DNA of 62,583 bases, filler included. It is 4 parts of 4 records of this genome, joined end to end, with 100 filler letters (N's around TTAATTAATTAA, not from the genome) between each part and the next. Parts side by side here need not be neighbours in the genome. Positions count along the whole stretch, not along the records: positions 29,414 to 39,526 come from SRR20825019_3055; positions 39,627 to 51,282 come from SRR20825019_3063; 2 more parts are not named here. One strand, given 5' to 3'. Positions 33,925 to 44,003 of the stretch are shown here, in pieces. The translations under genes were made by a program, and so were the position numbers. Within the stretch, counting starts at the first letter, position 1. The number at the start of each line of letters is the position of its first letter. Under the pieces are notes generated by a model that saw only the letters and a program-made list of their open reading frames with translations, did no database searches and was not told where the DNA came from.

Positions 33925-34929
33925 ATGAAAGCCTATGAAATCGTCTCTGATGGCGGCGTTGACGCTCTTGCCCTGAACGAACGCCCGGACCCGAAGCCGG
34001 GGCCGGGCGAAGTTCTGGTCCGGGTGCGGGCCTCCTCCATCAATTATCGGGATCTCTCGACGGTTGAGGCGCCGGTGCCCCGGGGCATTCCCTATCCGCG
34101 CATTCCGAATTCGGACGGGGCAGGCGATGTGGTCGAAGTTGGCCCGGGCGTGACCCGTTGGAAGGCCGGCGACAAGGTCTGCGGCTGTTTCTTTCAGGGC
34201 TGGCTCGACGGCCACACGACGCCTGAATGGGCGGCGCAGGCGCTTGGCGGCACTATTGACGGGATGCTCGCCGAGTATCGCGTGCTGCGGCAGGACGGTC
34301 TGGTCCCCATGCCGGATCACCTCAGCTACGAGGAAGCCTCGACGCTGCCCTGTGCCGCGCTGACTGCCTGGCACAGTCTCGTGGAAGTGGGGCAGGTCAA
34401 GGCGGGCTCCACCGTGCTGTTGCTCGGCACGGGCGGTGTCTCGGTCTTTGCACTCCAGTTCTGCAAGATGATGGGCATCCGGGCCATCTGCACCTCCTCC
34501 AGCGACGAGAAGATCGCCCGCCTGAAGGAAATGGGCGCGGATGAGACGGTGAATTACCGCAGCCATCCGGAATGGCAGGAAAAGGTTCTTGAGCTGACGG
34601 ACGGCAATGGCGTGGATCACACGGTCGAGGTCGGCGGTGCGGGCACGCTGGAGCGGTCGATCGCCTCAACCCGGATAGCCGGGAGCATCGGCCTGATCGG
34701 GGTTCTGACCGGCGGCAAGATCGATCCGGTCATGATCATGCGCAAATCGATCCGGCTGCAGGGCATCTATGTCGGCTCGCGCCGGATGTTCGAGGAAATG
34801 AATACTGCCATCTCGCAGCACGCTCTGAAACCGGTGATCAGCGATACGTTCGTGTTCGGGGATGCGCGGGATGCCTTCCACGCCATGCGGGCCGCCGGGC
34901 ATTTCGGAAAGCTGGTCGTAAAAATTTAG
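33925..34929 (+). CDS. NAD(P)-dependent alcohol dehydrogenase-like / MDR family oxidoreductase
   Basis: ASSINYRDL, SDGAG, TLPCAALTAW, GTGGVS, HFGKLV. RBS GGAGG upstream. Confidence 0.92.
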   Translation: MKAYEIVSDGGVDALALNERPDPKPGPGEVLVRVRASSINYRDLSTVEAPVPRGIPYPRIPNSDGAGDVVEVGPGVTRWKAGDKVCGCFFQGWLDGHTTPEWAAQALGGTIDGMLAEYRVLRQDGLVPMPDHLSYEEASTLPCAALTAWHSLVEVGQVKAGSTVLLLGTGGVSVFALQFCKMMGIRAICTSSSDEKIARLKEMGADETVNYRSHPEWQEKVLELTDGNGVDHTVEVGGAGTLERSIASTRIAGSIGLIGVLTGGKIDPVMIMRKSIRLQGIYVGSRRMFEEMNTAISQHALKPVISDTFVFGDARDAFHAMRAAGHFGKLVVKI

Positions 34930-35019
34930 AATGATGTAGGTGTCTTTAACTTTTAATCCCGTATAAGTTGCGTAAACCTTTATTCTCCTCCATCATGAAG
35001 ATGCTTGATGGAGGGCGCC

Positions 35020-37482
35020 ATGACGTCGGAAAAGAGCTTCGATCCAATCCTGTCGCGCACAAAGGACGAGATGCGTGGCGAGAACTTCCGCAACAACGCG
35101 ATCTACGCTCAGGAGAGCGCCCTCCTGGACGCACGGCGCAAGGATGTCGGCGATGTGTCCGGGGCGGAGAAATTTTCCAGACAGGATTTCTGGAGCGAGG
35201 AGCAGCCGGATTACCCGGGTGAGGCGGCGCCCCCGCACTATGATGCCGCGACCTCAATTCAGGATCTGGAGGGGAGCCGGACGGGGCTGGCTATTTCCGG
35301 TGGCGGCGTGCGCTCTGCTACTTTTGCGCTCGGCCTGTTGCAGTCTTTGGCGCGCGAAAACCTTCTCAAACATTTCGACTATCTCTCGACCGTATCCGGT
35401 GGCGGCTATATTGGCGCCTCCCTGACCTGGTTGCTGAGCGAAAAGTTCAGGGAAAAGGGTGGGGGGCAGTACGGGCTGGACCGCCACAACTTTCCCTACG
35501 GCACGGCGGAGCCGAAGGATCGCTCCGACCCAAGGCACTGGAAAGGCATGCTCCGCTATCTCAGGGAGCATGCGGAATATCTGGCACCGAACAAGGATAT
35601 CTCAATTCTCTCCGGCCTTGCGGTGGTGGTTCGGGGCATCTTCCTCAACCTGCTGGTCTGGGTTCCTCTCTTCACGCTTCTGTTCGTGATCCTGCAGCTT
35701 GGCTGGCGGGTGGAGGGGTGGACGGATCTCCTTTCGCTGGTCATGAACCTGAGCACGCATGAAAGCGGGCCTCCGCGTATCCGGGAGCTGCTTGAACCGG
35801 GCTATCTCAACCTGCATGAAATTCTGGTTATGGCCGGGGCCTTTCTGCTGCTCGTATTCTCCCTGCTTTCGATTGCCTTTTCGCTTGCGTCGGCTGTTGG
35901 CGGAGAAGGCGCCTTCGTGCGGTTTTCCTACCGGAGCCGGCGCTGGTTCGAGGTCACGGGGAAGTATTTTCTCCCATGCGGCCTGTTTTTCATCGGTGTT
36001 GGCGTGCTGCCTTATGCAGCCGCGTTCTTTTTCGGCTCAATCGGGAGTTTTGGCAGTGCGGGGGCCGGGACGATGCTGACCGGCATTGGAACCGGTCTTG
36101 CCGCGGCCCGGAAGTCCGAGAATCCGATTGTTCAGGGCATCCTCCTGCCAGCCATTGCCGTCCTGCTTCTTGTTGGCAGTCTGATCCTGACCTGCGGCAT
36201 CGCTATCGTTATTCGCGAGGGAGGGAATCTGGAGCAGCCGGGCGATATTGTCTTTGCCTGTTTTGTCCTTCTGGCGCTGCTGACGGGATATGTGGTCAAC
36301 ACCAACTACATATCCATTCACCGCTTCTACCGGGACCGCCTGATGGAGGCTTTCATGCCGATGCAGTCGGCAATCGACGGCAATCAGGTCAGGCCCGCTC
36401 CCGGGGCGAATGAGGCGCAACTGCGTGATCTCTGCGATCCGGGCAGTCTTCCGAATTACCATCTCGTGAACACAAACCTGATCCTGGTGGACTCGGATGA
36501 CGTGCTGTTCCGCCGCCGCGGCGGTGACAATTTCGTCATGTCGCGGATTTACTGCGGCGGGGATGCGGGCGGGTTTCATCCGACCGGGGATTTCTCTGGC
36601 GGGGACATGACGCTTGCGACCGCGATGACGATCTCCGGGGCCGCCGCGCATCCGAATTCCGGGTGGGCGGGAACGGGCCAGACGCGGAAGCGCGCGGTTT
36701 CCTGGCTGATGAACCTGCTGAACATCCGGCTGGGCTATACGGTGCGGAATGCGGCCTGTAACACGTTGGCGCCGCTTGCCGGAAAGCCGAACCATTTCGA
36801 CAATATGATGGTGGAACTCAGTCCCTCGGCGTTTGACAGCCAGGGAAAATGGTTCCAGCTCAGCGATGGCGGGCATTTCGAGAATCTGGCGATCTATGAG
36901 CTCGTGCGCCGGCGCTGCAAGCTGATCCTGATCTCCGACGCCGGTGCCGACCCGGCCTTCGGCTTTGGCGATGTGCAGAACACGGTCCGGAAAATCAGTC
37001 AGGATTTCGGCGTGGAAGTGGATTTCGGCCGTCCGTTCTGGAGCCGCGAGGCCTATGACGCGCAGACGGGCAAGGCAGCACCGTCTGAGCAGGATGACGG
37101 TTACGATCATTGGCGCAACCGTCTTTCCAGCCTTGTCGCGCAGCGCCCCACGGGCTTCCCGGTCGAAGCATGGCGTGCCGATCATGGCTACATCATCGGC
37201 ACGGTGACGTACCCGGAAGCCGAAGCCGGGGCGGGCAAGGAGACCGGAATCATCATCTATGTGAAAGCCACCATGATCGACGGCCTCAGCCTGGAGACCC
37301 GGGGATACAAGGCGGATCACCCCACTTTCCCGCATGAGCCGACATCCGACCAGTTCTTCGATCCGGCCCAATTCGAAGCTTACCGCGAGTTGGGAAATGC
37401 CATCGGAAAGGATATGATCAAGGGTACACGCCTCAGGGATCTCCTTGGCGTGGCGTGGGGATCGGCGGATGGTGGCACTTAA
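35020..37482 (+). CDS. Patatin/cPLA2-like phospholipase with multiple transmembrane helices
   Basis: Oxyanion motif GLAISGGGVRSA, nucleophile YLSTVSGGG, catalytic LSDGGHFENL, and C-terminal FPHEPTSDQFF. Hydrophobic block between the Ser and Asp motifs. RBS GGAGG before ATG 35020. Confidence 0.85.
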   Translation: MTSEKSFDPILSRTKDEMRGENFRNNAIYAQESALLDARRKDVGDVSGAEKFSRQDFWSEEQPDYPGEAAPPHYDAATSIQDLEGSRTGLAISGGGVRSATFALGLLQSLARENLLKHFDYLSTVSGGGYIGASLTWLLSEKFREKGGGQYGLDRHNFPYGTAEPKDRSDPRHWKGMLRYLREHAEYLAPNKDISILSGLAVVVRGIFLNLLVWVPLFTLLFVILQLGWRVEGWTDLLSLVMNLSTHESGPPRIRELLEPGYLNLHEILVMAGAFLLLVFSLLSIAFSLASAVGGEGAFVRFSYRSRRWFEVTGKYFLPCGLFFIGVGVLPYAAAFFFGSIGSFGSAGAGTMLTGIGTGLAAARKSENPIVQGILLPAIAVLLLVGSLILTCGIAIVIREGGNLEQPGDIVFACFVLLALLTGYVVNTNYISIHRFYRDRLMEAFMPMQSAIDGNQVRPAPGANEAQLRDLCDPGSLPNYHLVNTNLILVDSDDVLFRRRGGDNFVMSRIYCGGDAGGFHPTGDFSGGDMTLATAMTISGAAAHPNSGWAGTGQTRKRAVSWLMNLLNIRLGYTVRNAACNTLAPLAGKPNHFDNMMVELSPSAFDSQGKWFQLSDGGHFENLAIYELVRRRCKLILISDAGADPAFGFGDVQNTVRKISQDFGVEVDFGRPFWSREAYDAQTGKAAPSEQDDGYDHWRNRLSSLVAQRPTGFPVEAWRADHGYIIGTVTYPEAEAGAGKETGIIIYVKATMIDGLSLETRGYKADHPTFPHEPTSDQFFDPAQFEAYRELGNAIGKDMIKGTRLRDLLGVAWGSADGGT

Positions 37483-37519
37483 CCTCCCGGTGCCGCCGCC
37501 CGCCGCTCCTCAATGAGTG

Positions 37520-38305
37520 TTATTCGCCCTTGAAGGTGGGGCGCCGTTTTTCGACGAAGGCATGCATGCCCTCGCTCTGGTCGGCGGTGGCGAACAGGCC
37601 CTGGAACATGGCCCGCTCCAGCGCCATACCGGTTTCCAGCGACGCGTCCTGGCCGCGGATGATGGCGGACTTGATCTGCTGTACCGCAATTGGCGGCATC
37701 CGGCTGATATCCTTCGCCATCTTGTAGGCGGTCTCGAACACTTCGGCGTCCGGCACCACCTGGCTGGCAATGCCGATAGCGAAGGCTTCCTTGCCGTCGA
37801 TCGGGCGGCCGGTGAGGCAGAGTCGCATGGCCTGGAACTTGCCGACGGCGCGGGTCAGGCGCTGGGTGCCGCCAGCACCCGGCATGATGCCGACGCGGAC
37901 TTCCGGCTGGCCGACCTGGGCATTCTCGCCAATCACGATGATGTCCGAATGCATGGCCAGCTCCAGCCCGCCACCGAGCGCGTAGCCGTTGATCGCGGCG
38001 ATCACCGGTTTCGGATAATCGGCGATGTTCTGCCAGAGCCGTTCCGTCTTGCGGTGGAACATCTCGACGGTGGTCCGGTCCGCCATGTCCTTCAGATCCG
38101 CACCGGCCGCGAAGGCCTTCTCGTCGCCGGTCAGCACCACGGCCAGCACGTCATCGTCCTCGGTCAGCTCCCGGAAGATCCGGGCCAGCTCCTGACGGAC
38201 TTCCAGATTGAGTGCGTTCAGCGCATCGGGACGGTTGATACGGACAACGGCAATGTGATCGTTTTCCTCGCGGTCGCGCGGATGATCGAGAATGACGACG
38301 GACAC
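37520..38305 (-). CDS. Enoyl-CoA hydratase/isomerase
   Basis: INRPDALNAL, FAAGADL, GYALGGGLE, GQPE..GIMPGAGGTQRL, KRRPTFKG. Confidence 0.94.
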   Translation of the reverse strand: MSVVILDHPRDREENDHIAVVRINRPDALNALNLEVRQELARIFRELTEDDDVLAVVLTGDEKAFAAGADLKDMADRTTVEMFHRKTERLWQNIADYPKPVIAAINGYALGGGLELAMHSDIIVIGENAQVGQPEVRVGIMPGAGGTQRLTRAVGKFQAMRLCLTGRPIDGKEAFAIGIASQVVPDAEVFETAYKMAKDISRMPPIAVQQIKSAIIRGQDASLETGMALERAMFQGLFATADQSEGMHAFVEKRRPTFKGE

Positions 38306-38464
38306 GGATAATTCCCCCTTGATTGAGTTGCCGCGCTGAGCCGCGCGGTCGGCATGATTATGCTTCCCGACTGGAAATTGACCGGGATATTAGGCTGTGC
38401 ATACTGCACCGACAATAAGCTGCGAAATTGAGTTTCGCAAAAAAGAGATTTGGGAGCCGCCTCC

Positions 38465-39526
38465 ATGACCGAAGCCTTCATCTGTGACGCAATCCGTACC
38501 CCCATTGGCCGCTATGGCGGCAGCCTGTCTTCCGTGCGCGCGGACGATCTCGCAGCGCATCCGATCCAGCAGCTGATGGCGCGGAACGGCTCTGTCGACT
38601 GGAACCAATTGGACGATGTCTATTACGGCTGCGTCAACCAGGCCGGCGAAGATAACCGCAACGTGGCCCGCATGGCCCTGCTGCTGGCGGGGATCTCCCC
38701 CGAGGTTCCGGGCGCGACGGTGAACCGGCTGTGCGCTTCCGGCATGGAAGCGGTAAACGCGGCGGCCCGCGCGATCCGCTCCGGCGAGGGTGATTTCTTC
38801 ATTGCCGGTGGCGTCGAGAGCATGTCCCGCGCACCGTTCGTCATGGGCAAGGCGACAAGCGCTTTCGACCGCAATGCAGAGATGTATGACACCACCATCG
38901 GCTGGCGCTTCGTCAACCCGCAGATGGAAAAGAAATACGGTACCGATTCCATGCCGGAGACGGCGGAGAATGTGGCCGAGCAGTTCCAGATCAGCCGCGA
39001 GGATCAGGATGCTTTCGCGCTGCGCTCCCAGCAGCGTGCCGGGGCCGCGATGGAAAACGGCCGCCTTGCCCGCGAGATCGCCTCTGTCGAGATCAAGGGC
39101 CGCAAGGGCGCTGTGACCATCGTGGATACGGACGAGCATCCGCGCCCCTCCACCACACCGGAAGCGCTGGCCAAGCTCGGCACCCCGTTCCGCAAGGAAG
39201 GCGGGTCCGTCACGGCCGGTAACGCCAGCGGTGTGAATGACGGCGCCGCCGCCATGATCGTCTGCTCCGAGGAAGCCGCCAAGCGGCACGGCCTGACCCC
39301 GCGTGCCCGCATCGTTACCGGTGCCGCCGCTGGCGTCGAGCCGCGCATCATGGGCGTCGGCCCGATTCCGGCCAGCCGCAAGGTGCTGGAGCGTGCGGGC
39401 CTGAAGGTCGACGATCTGTCCGTCCTCGAGCTGAACGAAGCATTCGCCGCCCAGGTGCTGGCCTCTCTGCGTGAGCTCGGCATTGCCGATGACGATCCGC
39501 GCGTGAACCCGAATGGCGGCGCCATC
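38465..39526 (+). CDS. pcaF: 3-oxoadipyl-CoA thiolase (beta-ketoadipyl-CoA thiolase), 3' truncated
   Basis: MTEAFICDAIRTPIGRYGG, NQAGEDNRNVARM, NRLCASG, DTTIGWRFVN, ELNEAFA, VNPNGGAI at the contig end. Confidence 0.9.
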
Positions 39527-39626
39527 NNNNNNNNNNNNNNNNNNNNNNNNNNNNNNNNNNNNNNNNNNNNTTAATTAATTAANNNNNNNNNNNNNNNNNN
39601 NNNNNNNNNNNNNNNNNNNNNNNNNN
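39527..39626. other. Artificial contig linker N44-TTAATTAATTAA-N44
   Basis: Same 100-bp spacer. Confidence 0.98.
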
Positions 39627-40941
39627 AACCTATGGCTGTCAGATGAATGTCTATGATTCCGAGCGCATGGGCGAAGCTCTGGCTGCTGATGGCTATCAGC
39701 AGACCGAGGTAATCGAAGACGCTGATCTTATTTTGCTCAACACATGCCATATTCGGGAAAAGGCAGCGGAGAAGGTCTACTCCGCGCTCGGACGTTATCG
39801 TGAACTGAAGGCAAAGCGCCTGAAACAGGGACGCGAAACGCTGATCGGCGTTGCTGGTTGTGTGGCACAGGCCGAAGGTGAGGAAATCCTGCGTCGCGCG
39901 CCTGATGTCAGTGTTGTAATCGGCCCGCAGACCTATCACCGTCTTCCGCAGGCCCTGCACAGGGCCAAAGCCGGTGAGCGGATTGTCGATACTGAATACG
40001 CTGTTGAGGACAAATTCGACTACCTTCCCAAAAAGGAACGTTCCGCACAGCCGAAGAATGTCACGGCGTTTTTGACTGTGCAGGAGGGCTGCGACAAATT
40101 CTGCACCTTCTGCGTTGTGCCTTACACGCGTGGCTCCGAGGTTTCGCGCTCACGCCAGCAGATTGTTGATGAGGCAAAACGGCTCGCCGAAAACGGCGTA
40201 CGCGAGATCACGCTTTTGGGGCAGAACGTCAACGCCTGGCATGGTAGCGGCCCTGATGGCGCTGACTGGGGTCTTGGAGAGCTTCTGTTTGGCCTGGCAG
40301 AAATTCAAGGCATCGAACGGTTGCGTTACACCACCAGCCATCCGCGCGATATGGACGCGAGGTTGATGGAGGCCCATCGCGATCTGCCGAAATTGATGCC
40401 TTATCTGCACCTCCCGGTGCAGGCCGGTTCAGACCGCATCCTGAAAGCCATGAACCGTCGTCATACGGCAGACGAATATCTGGCCCTGATTGATCGCATT
40501 CGCGCGACCCGGCCTGATATCGCCTTGTCCGGTGATTTTATTGTCGGCTTTCCCGGCGAGACGGAAGAGGACTTTCAGGCCACGCTCGATCTGGTGGAAA
40601 AGGTCCGTTACGCGCAGGCCTTTTCGTTTAAGTACTCACCGCGTCCGGGAACCCCCGGGGCGGACATGAAAAATCATGTTCCGGAAGAGGCGAAGGCTGA
40701 ACGTCTGCAGCGGCTTCAAACGGTGCTGACTAGGCACCAACTCGAATTTGCCCAGTCTCGCATCGGTATGGAAATGGATGTTCTGCTGGAAAAACCGGGT
40801 CGCCAGGAAGGGCAGCTTATCGGGCGCTCGCCGTGGCTTCAGGCCGTGGTGCTGGATGCCGCCGGCGAAAGGATTGGCGATATGGTGAGAGTCAGGATTG
40901 TTGACGCGAGCGCCAACAGCCTGGCCGCCGTGCGGATCTGA
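39627..40941 (+). CDS. miaB: tRNA-2-methylthio-N6-dimethylallyladenosine synthase, 5' truncated
   Basis: [17 protein letters not shown], radical-SAM [25 protein letters not shown], and a C-terminal TRAM domain. Confidence 0.96.
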
Positions 40942-41182
40942 TCATCTGTAACGGCTCTGTGAAATTGCTTTGTGAAAAAGACAATTTGCTTCACAAAGAC
41001 AAAATTCACGTTTAGCTTTCTGATTATGAAGTGCACCTTGCAAAACAAGACTCAGATTATCGACTTCAGCTTTCTGTCTTTGACAGGGCGATATTTCGTG
41101 TCTCTTTCTCAATTACAGTGCGGCGATGACCGGCCAGATCCCGGCTTCCCGCGCTTTCTCGCTGATCAGGGAGCTTGACCGC

Positions 41183-42244
41183 TTGAACGCTACAGAACTG
41201 GTTGCAGAGCACGCTACGCAAGAAGGTTCCTCGGTTGAGGCCAGCCATTTCGTGCTCACCTTCGAGAACAATCGTTATGCCAGCGAATTGTTCGGTCAGT
41301 TTGATGAGCATCTGAAATTGCTGGAAATGCAGCTTGGTATCAACGCCGTTGCGCGAGGTAATTCGGTTACCCTGAGCGGACCGTCCGTTGCCACTGGTCA
41401 GGCGCGTCGCGCGCTTGATTACCTGTATGCGCAGCTTCAAAAAGGCGCAAGTGTGGAAAAATCCGATGTTGAAGGGGCTGTTCGTATGGCGCAGGCCGCC
41501 GACGATCAACTCACCCTGCCGACGATGGAGCGCAAGGCGCGTTTGTCGATGTCCCAGATTTCAACGCGGAAAAAATCGATTGCCGCACGTACGCCCATGC
41601 AGGACGCCTATATTCGCGCCATGGAGCGGAGTGAACTGGTGTTTGGTGTTGGCCCTGCCGGTACGGGCAAAACCTATCTTGCCGTTGCCTATGCCGCACA
41701 GCTGCTTGAACGCGGTGCGATTGAGAAAATCATTCTTTCGCGCCCGGCTGTTGAAGCCGGGGAACGGCTTGGCTTCCTGCCCGGTGACATGAAGGAGAAG
41801 GTCGATCCTTATCTGCGACCGCTTTATGACGCGCTTTATGACATGATTCCCGGTGAGCGGGTCGAGCGCGCTATGACCGCCGGTGTCATTGAAATAGCGC
41901 CGCTGGCCTTCATGCGTGGTCGCACTCTGACGAATGCAGCTGTTATTCTGGATGAAGCCCAAAATACCACCTCCATGCAGATGAAGATGTTTCTGACCCG
42001 TCTTGGTGAAAATTCGCGTATGATCGTAACGGGTGATCCCAGCCAGGTTGACCTGCCGCGTGGTGTGCGATCCGGTTTGATCGAGGCTCTGGATGTTCTC
42101 AACGGCGTTGAAGGTGTATCGACGACCCGCTTTTCCGACAAGGACGTTGTCCGTCATCCGCTCGTCGCCCGCATTGTCGCGGCGTATGAGGGAGGGGGAA
42201 AGGCGTCTGCAGCCGTGCCCGGTGATGAAAGCAACGGCACCTGA
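41183..42244 (+). CDS. phoH: PhoH family ATPase
   Basis: GPAGTGKT, RPAVEAGERLGFLPG, AFMRGRTL, DEAQN, DVVRH. Likely TTG start at 41183 after GGGAG. Confidence 0.94.
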   Translation: MNATELVAEHATQEGSSVEASHFVLTFENNRYASELFGQFDEHLKLLEMQLGINAVARGNSVTLSGPSVATGQARRALDYLYAQLQKGASVEKSDVEGAVRMAQAADDQLTLPTMERKARLSMSQISTRKKSIAARTPMQDAYIRAMERSELVFGVGPAGTGKTYLAVAYAAQLLERGAIEKIILSRPAVEAGERLGFLPGDMKEKVDPYLRPLYDALYDMIPGERVERAMTAGVIEIAPLAFMRGRTLTNAAVILDEAQNTTSMQMKMFLTRLGENSRMIVTGDPSQVDLPRGVRSGLIEALDVLNGVEGVSTTRFSDKDVVRHPLVARIVAAYEGGGKASAAVPGDESNGT

Positions 42245-42247
42245 AAA

Positions 42248-42754
42248 ATGGCTTTGTTTGATTTCCAACTGATGCGCGAAAGCCAGGACTGGCCTTCGGA
42301 GGATGTTCTCGAAGAACTGGTAGAACGTGTTATTCCGACCGCGACGAGGCTTCTTCAGACCGAAGAAAATCAGCCTTTTCCCGATGCAGCGGTTGAACTG
42401 TCGCTCGTCTTCACTGATGATGAAGATGTTCGCGGGATCAATGCAGAATGGCGTGGGCAGGACAAGCCTACGAATGTTTTGTCTTTTCCAGCCTTTCCGG
42501 TTGCCCCTGGCCAGATGCCAGGTCCAATGCTCGGCGACATTGTGATTGCATATGAGACGGTGGCGCGTGAGGCGGTTGAGCTGGGAAAAAGCTTCGACGA
42601 GCATCTGATGCATCTCCTGACCCATGGTTTTTTGCATCTTTTGGGTTATGATCATGTAGAAAAACAGGATGCGGAGCTTATGGAGGGTCTTGAGACTCGC
42701 ATTTTGGCCGCACTTAACCTATCTGATCCGTATCAGGGTACGGACCCGGTTTAA
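42248..42754 (+). CDS. ybeY: rRNA maturation RNase YbeY
   Basis: DKPTNVLSFP, LGDIVI, HGFLHLLGYDH. Confidence 0.96.
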   Translation: MALFDFQLMRESQDWPSEDVLEELVERVIPTATRLLQTEENQPFPDAAVELSLVFTDDEDVRGINAEWRGQDKPTNVLSFPAFPVAPGQMPGPMLGDIVIAYETVAREAVELGKSFDEHLMHLLTHGFLHLLGYDHVEKQDAELMEGLETRILAALNLSDPYQGTDPV

Positions 42755-42767
42755 CGCTTAAGGAACG

Positions 42768-44003
42768 ATGAACCATCAACAGATCGCACCGCTGCAAGAA
42801 AGCGGGCAAGATTCGTCAAACGAATCTGAACTTGAGGAACCTAACAGTCCGGCTTCGGACAGGAACTCGAGAAAATCATCAGGATCACCTCTCAAAGGTC
42901 TTTTCATGCGTTTTCGGCGCAATGGTCATGGTGCGTCGCGTTTGCGCGAAAATTTGGCCGATGCACTTTCGGAAACGGGTGGCGATAGCGACTTTTCGCC
43001 GGACGAGAGGGCCATGCTCAACAATATTCTGCGCTTCCGTGAAGTGCGGGTTGAAGATGTCATGGTCCCGCGCGCTGACATTGATGCGGTGGAGCAGAGC
43101 ATTTCCGTTGGCGAGTTATTGCTGATTTTCGAAAATTGCGGTCACTCGCGAATGCCGGTTTTTTGCGAAACGCTTGATGATCCGCGTGGTATGGTTCACA
43201 TCCGTGATCTGCTTGCTTACATCTCCAAGCAGGCGCGTGGACGCAGGCATCGCCGTACTGCCACAAGCCGTAACGGTCACACTGCTTCGGTGAAGCCACA
43301 GAGCCACAAGGATACGGCGTCTCAAAGCGCTCTCGACATGGCGCGTGTCAGTCTTGATAAATCCATCGTTGATGCCGGCATCATCCGTCCGGTCCTGTTT
43401 GTGCCTCCTTCCATGCTGGCATCCGATCTGTTGCAGCGCATGCAGGCAGGCCGCACGCAGATGGCGCTTGTTATCGATGAATACGGCGGTACGGATGGTC
43501 TCGTCTCGCACGAAGATATCGTGGAAATGGTTATCGGCGAAATCGATGATGAACACGATTCGGAAGAGGCAATGTTCACGCAGGTTTCGGAAGACGTTTT
43601 TCTGGCCGATGCGCGTGTCGAGCTTGAAGATATTGCCGAAGCCATCGGTCCTGATTTCGATGTCGGGGAACATGCCGAGGATGTTGATACGCTCGGCGGG
43701 CTGATCTTCTCGGCGATCGGACGCATTCCGGCGCGTGGCGAGGTGATACAGTCTCTTCCGGGATTTGAGGTTCATATCCTCGACGCCGACCCGCGTCGGA
43801 TCCGGCGTGTGCGTGTTCTTCGCAAACGCAGCCCGGCCCGCAGACGCCATGCTGCCAGAATCGGAGCGTCGGATACTGTTGCACCGGAGGATGTGCTGGA
43901 CCCGTCCCATGCACCGGAGGTGCTGGAAGACATCACACATGCCGATGATGATACGGTCGAAGACGGCGAAACGCCTTTCAAAGCCGTAAAACACGGCCGG
44001 TGA
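42768..44003 (+). CDS. corC: HlyC/CorC family CBS-domain transporter-associated protein
   Basis: VEDVMVPRADI, GHSRMPV, IDEYGGTDGLV, C-terminal CorC domain, and conserved ybeY-corC-lnt order. Confidence 0.88.
   Translation: MNHQQIAPLQESGQDSSNESELEEPNSPASDRNSRKSSGSPLKGLFMRFRRNGHGASRLRENLADALSETGGDSDFSPDERAMLNNILRFREVRVEDVMVPRADIDAVEQSISVGELLLIFENCGHSRMPVFCETLDDPRGMVHIRDLLAYISKQARGRRHRRTATSRNGHTASVKPQSHKDTASQSALDMARVSLDKSIVDAGIIRPVLFVPPSMLASDLLQRMQAGRTQMALVIDEYGGTDGLVSHEDIVEMVIGEIDDEHDSEEAMFTQVSEDVFLADARVELEDIAEAIGPDFDVGEHAEDVDTLGGLIFSAIGRIPARGEVIQSLPGFEVHILDADPRRIRRVRVLRKRSPARRRHAARIGASDTVAPEDVLDPSHAPEVLEDITHADDDTVEDGETPFKAVKHGR

Noticed and set aside
30583-37371. Long antisense ORFs (30583-32232, 32980-34620, 36037-37371)
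   Set aside because: These are shadow frames of high-GC genes on the opposite strand, with no motifs of their own.
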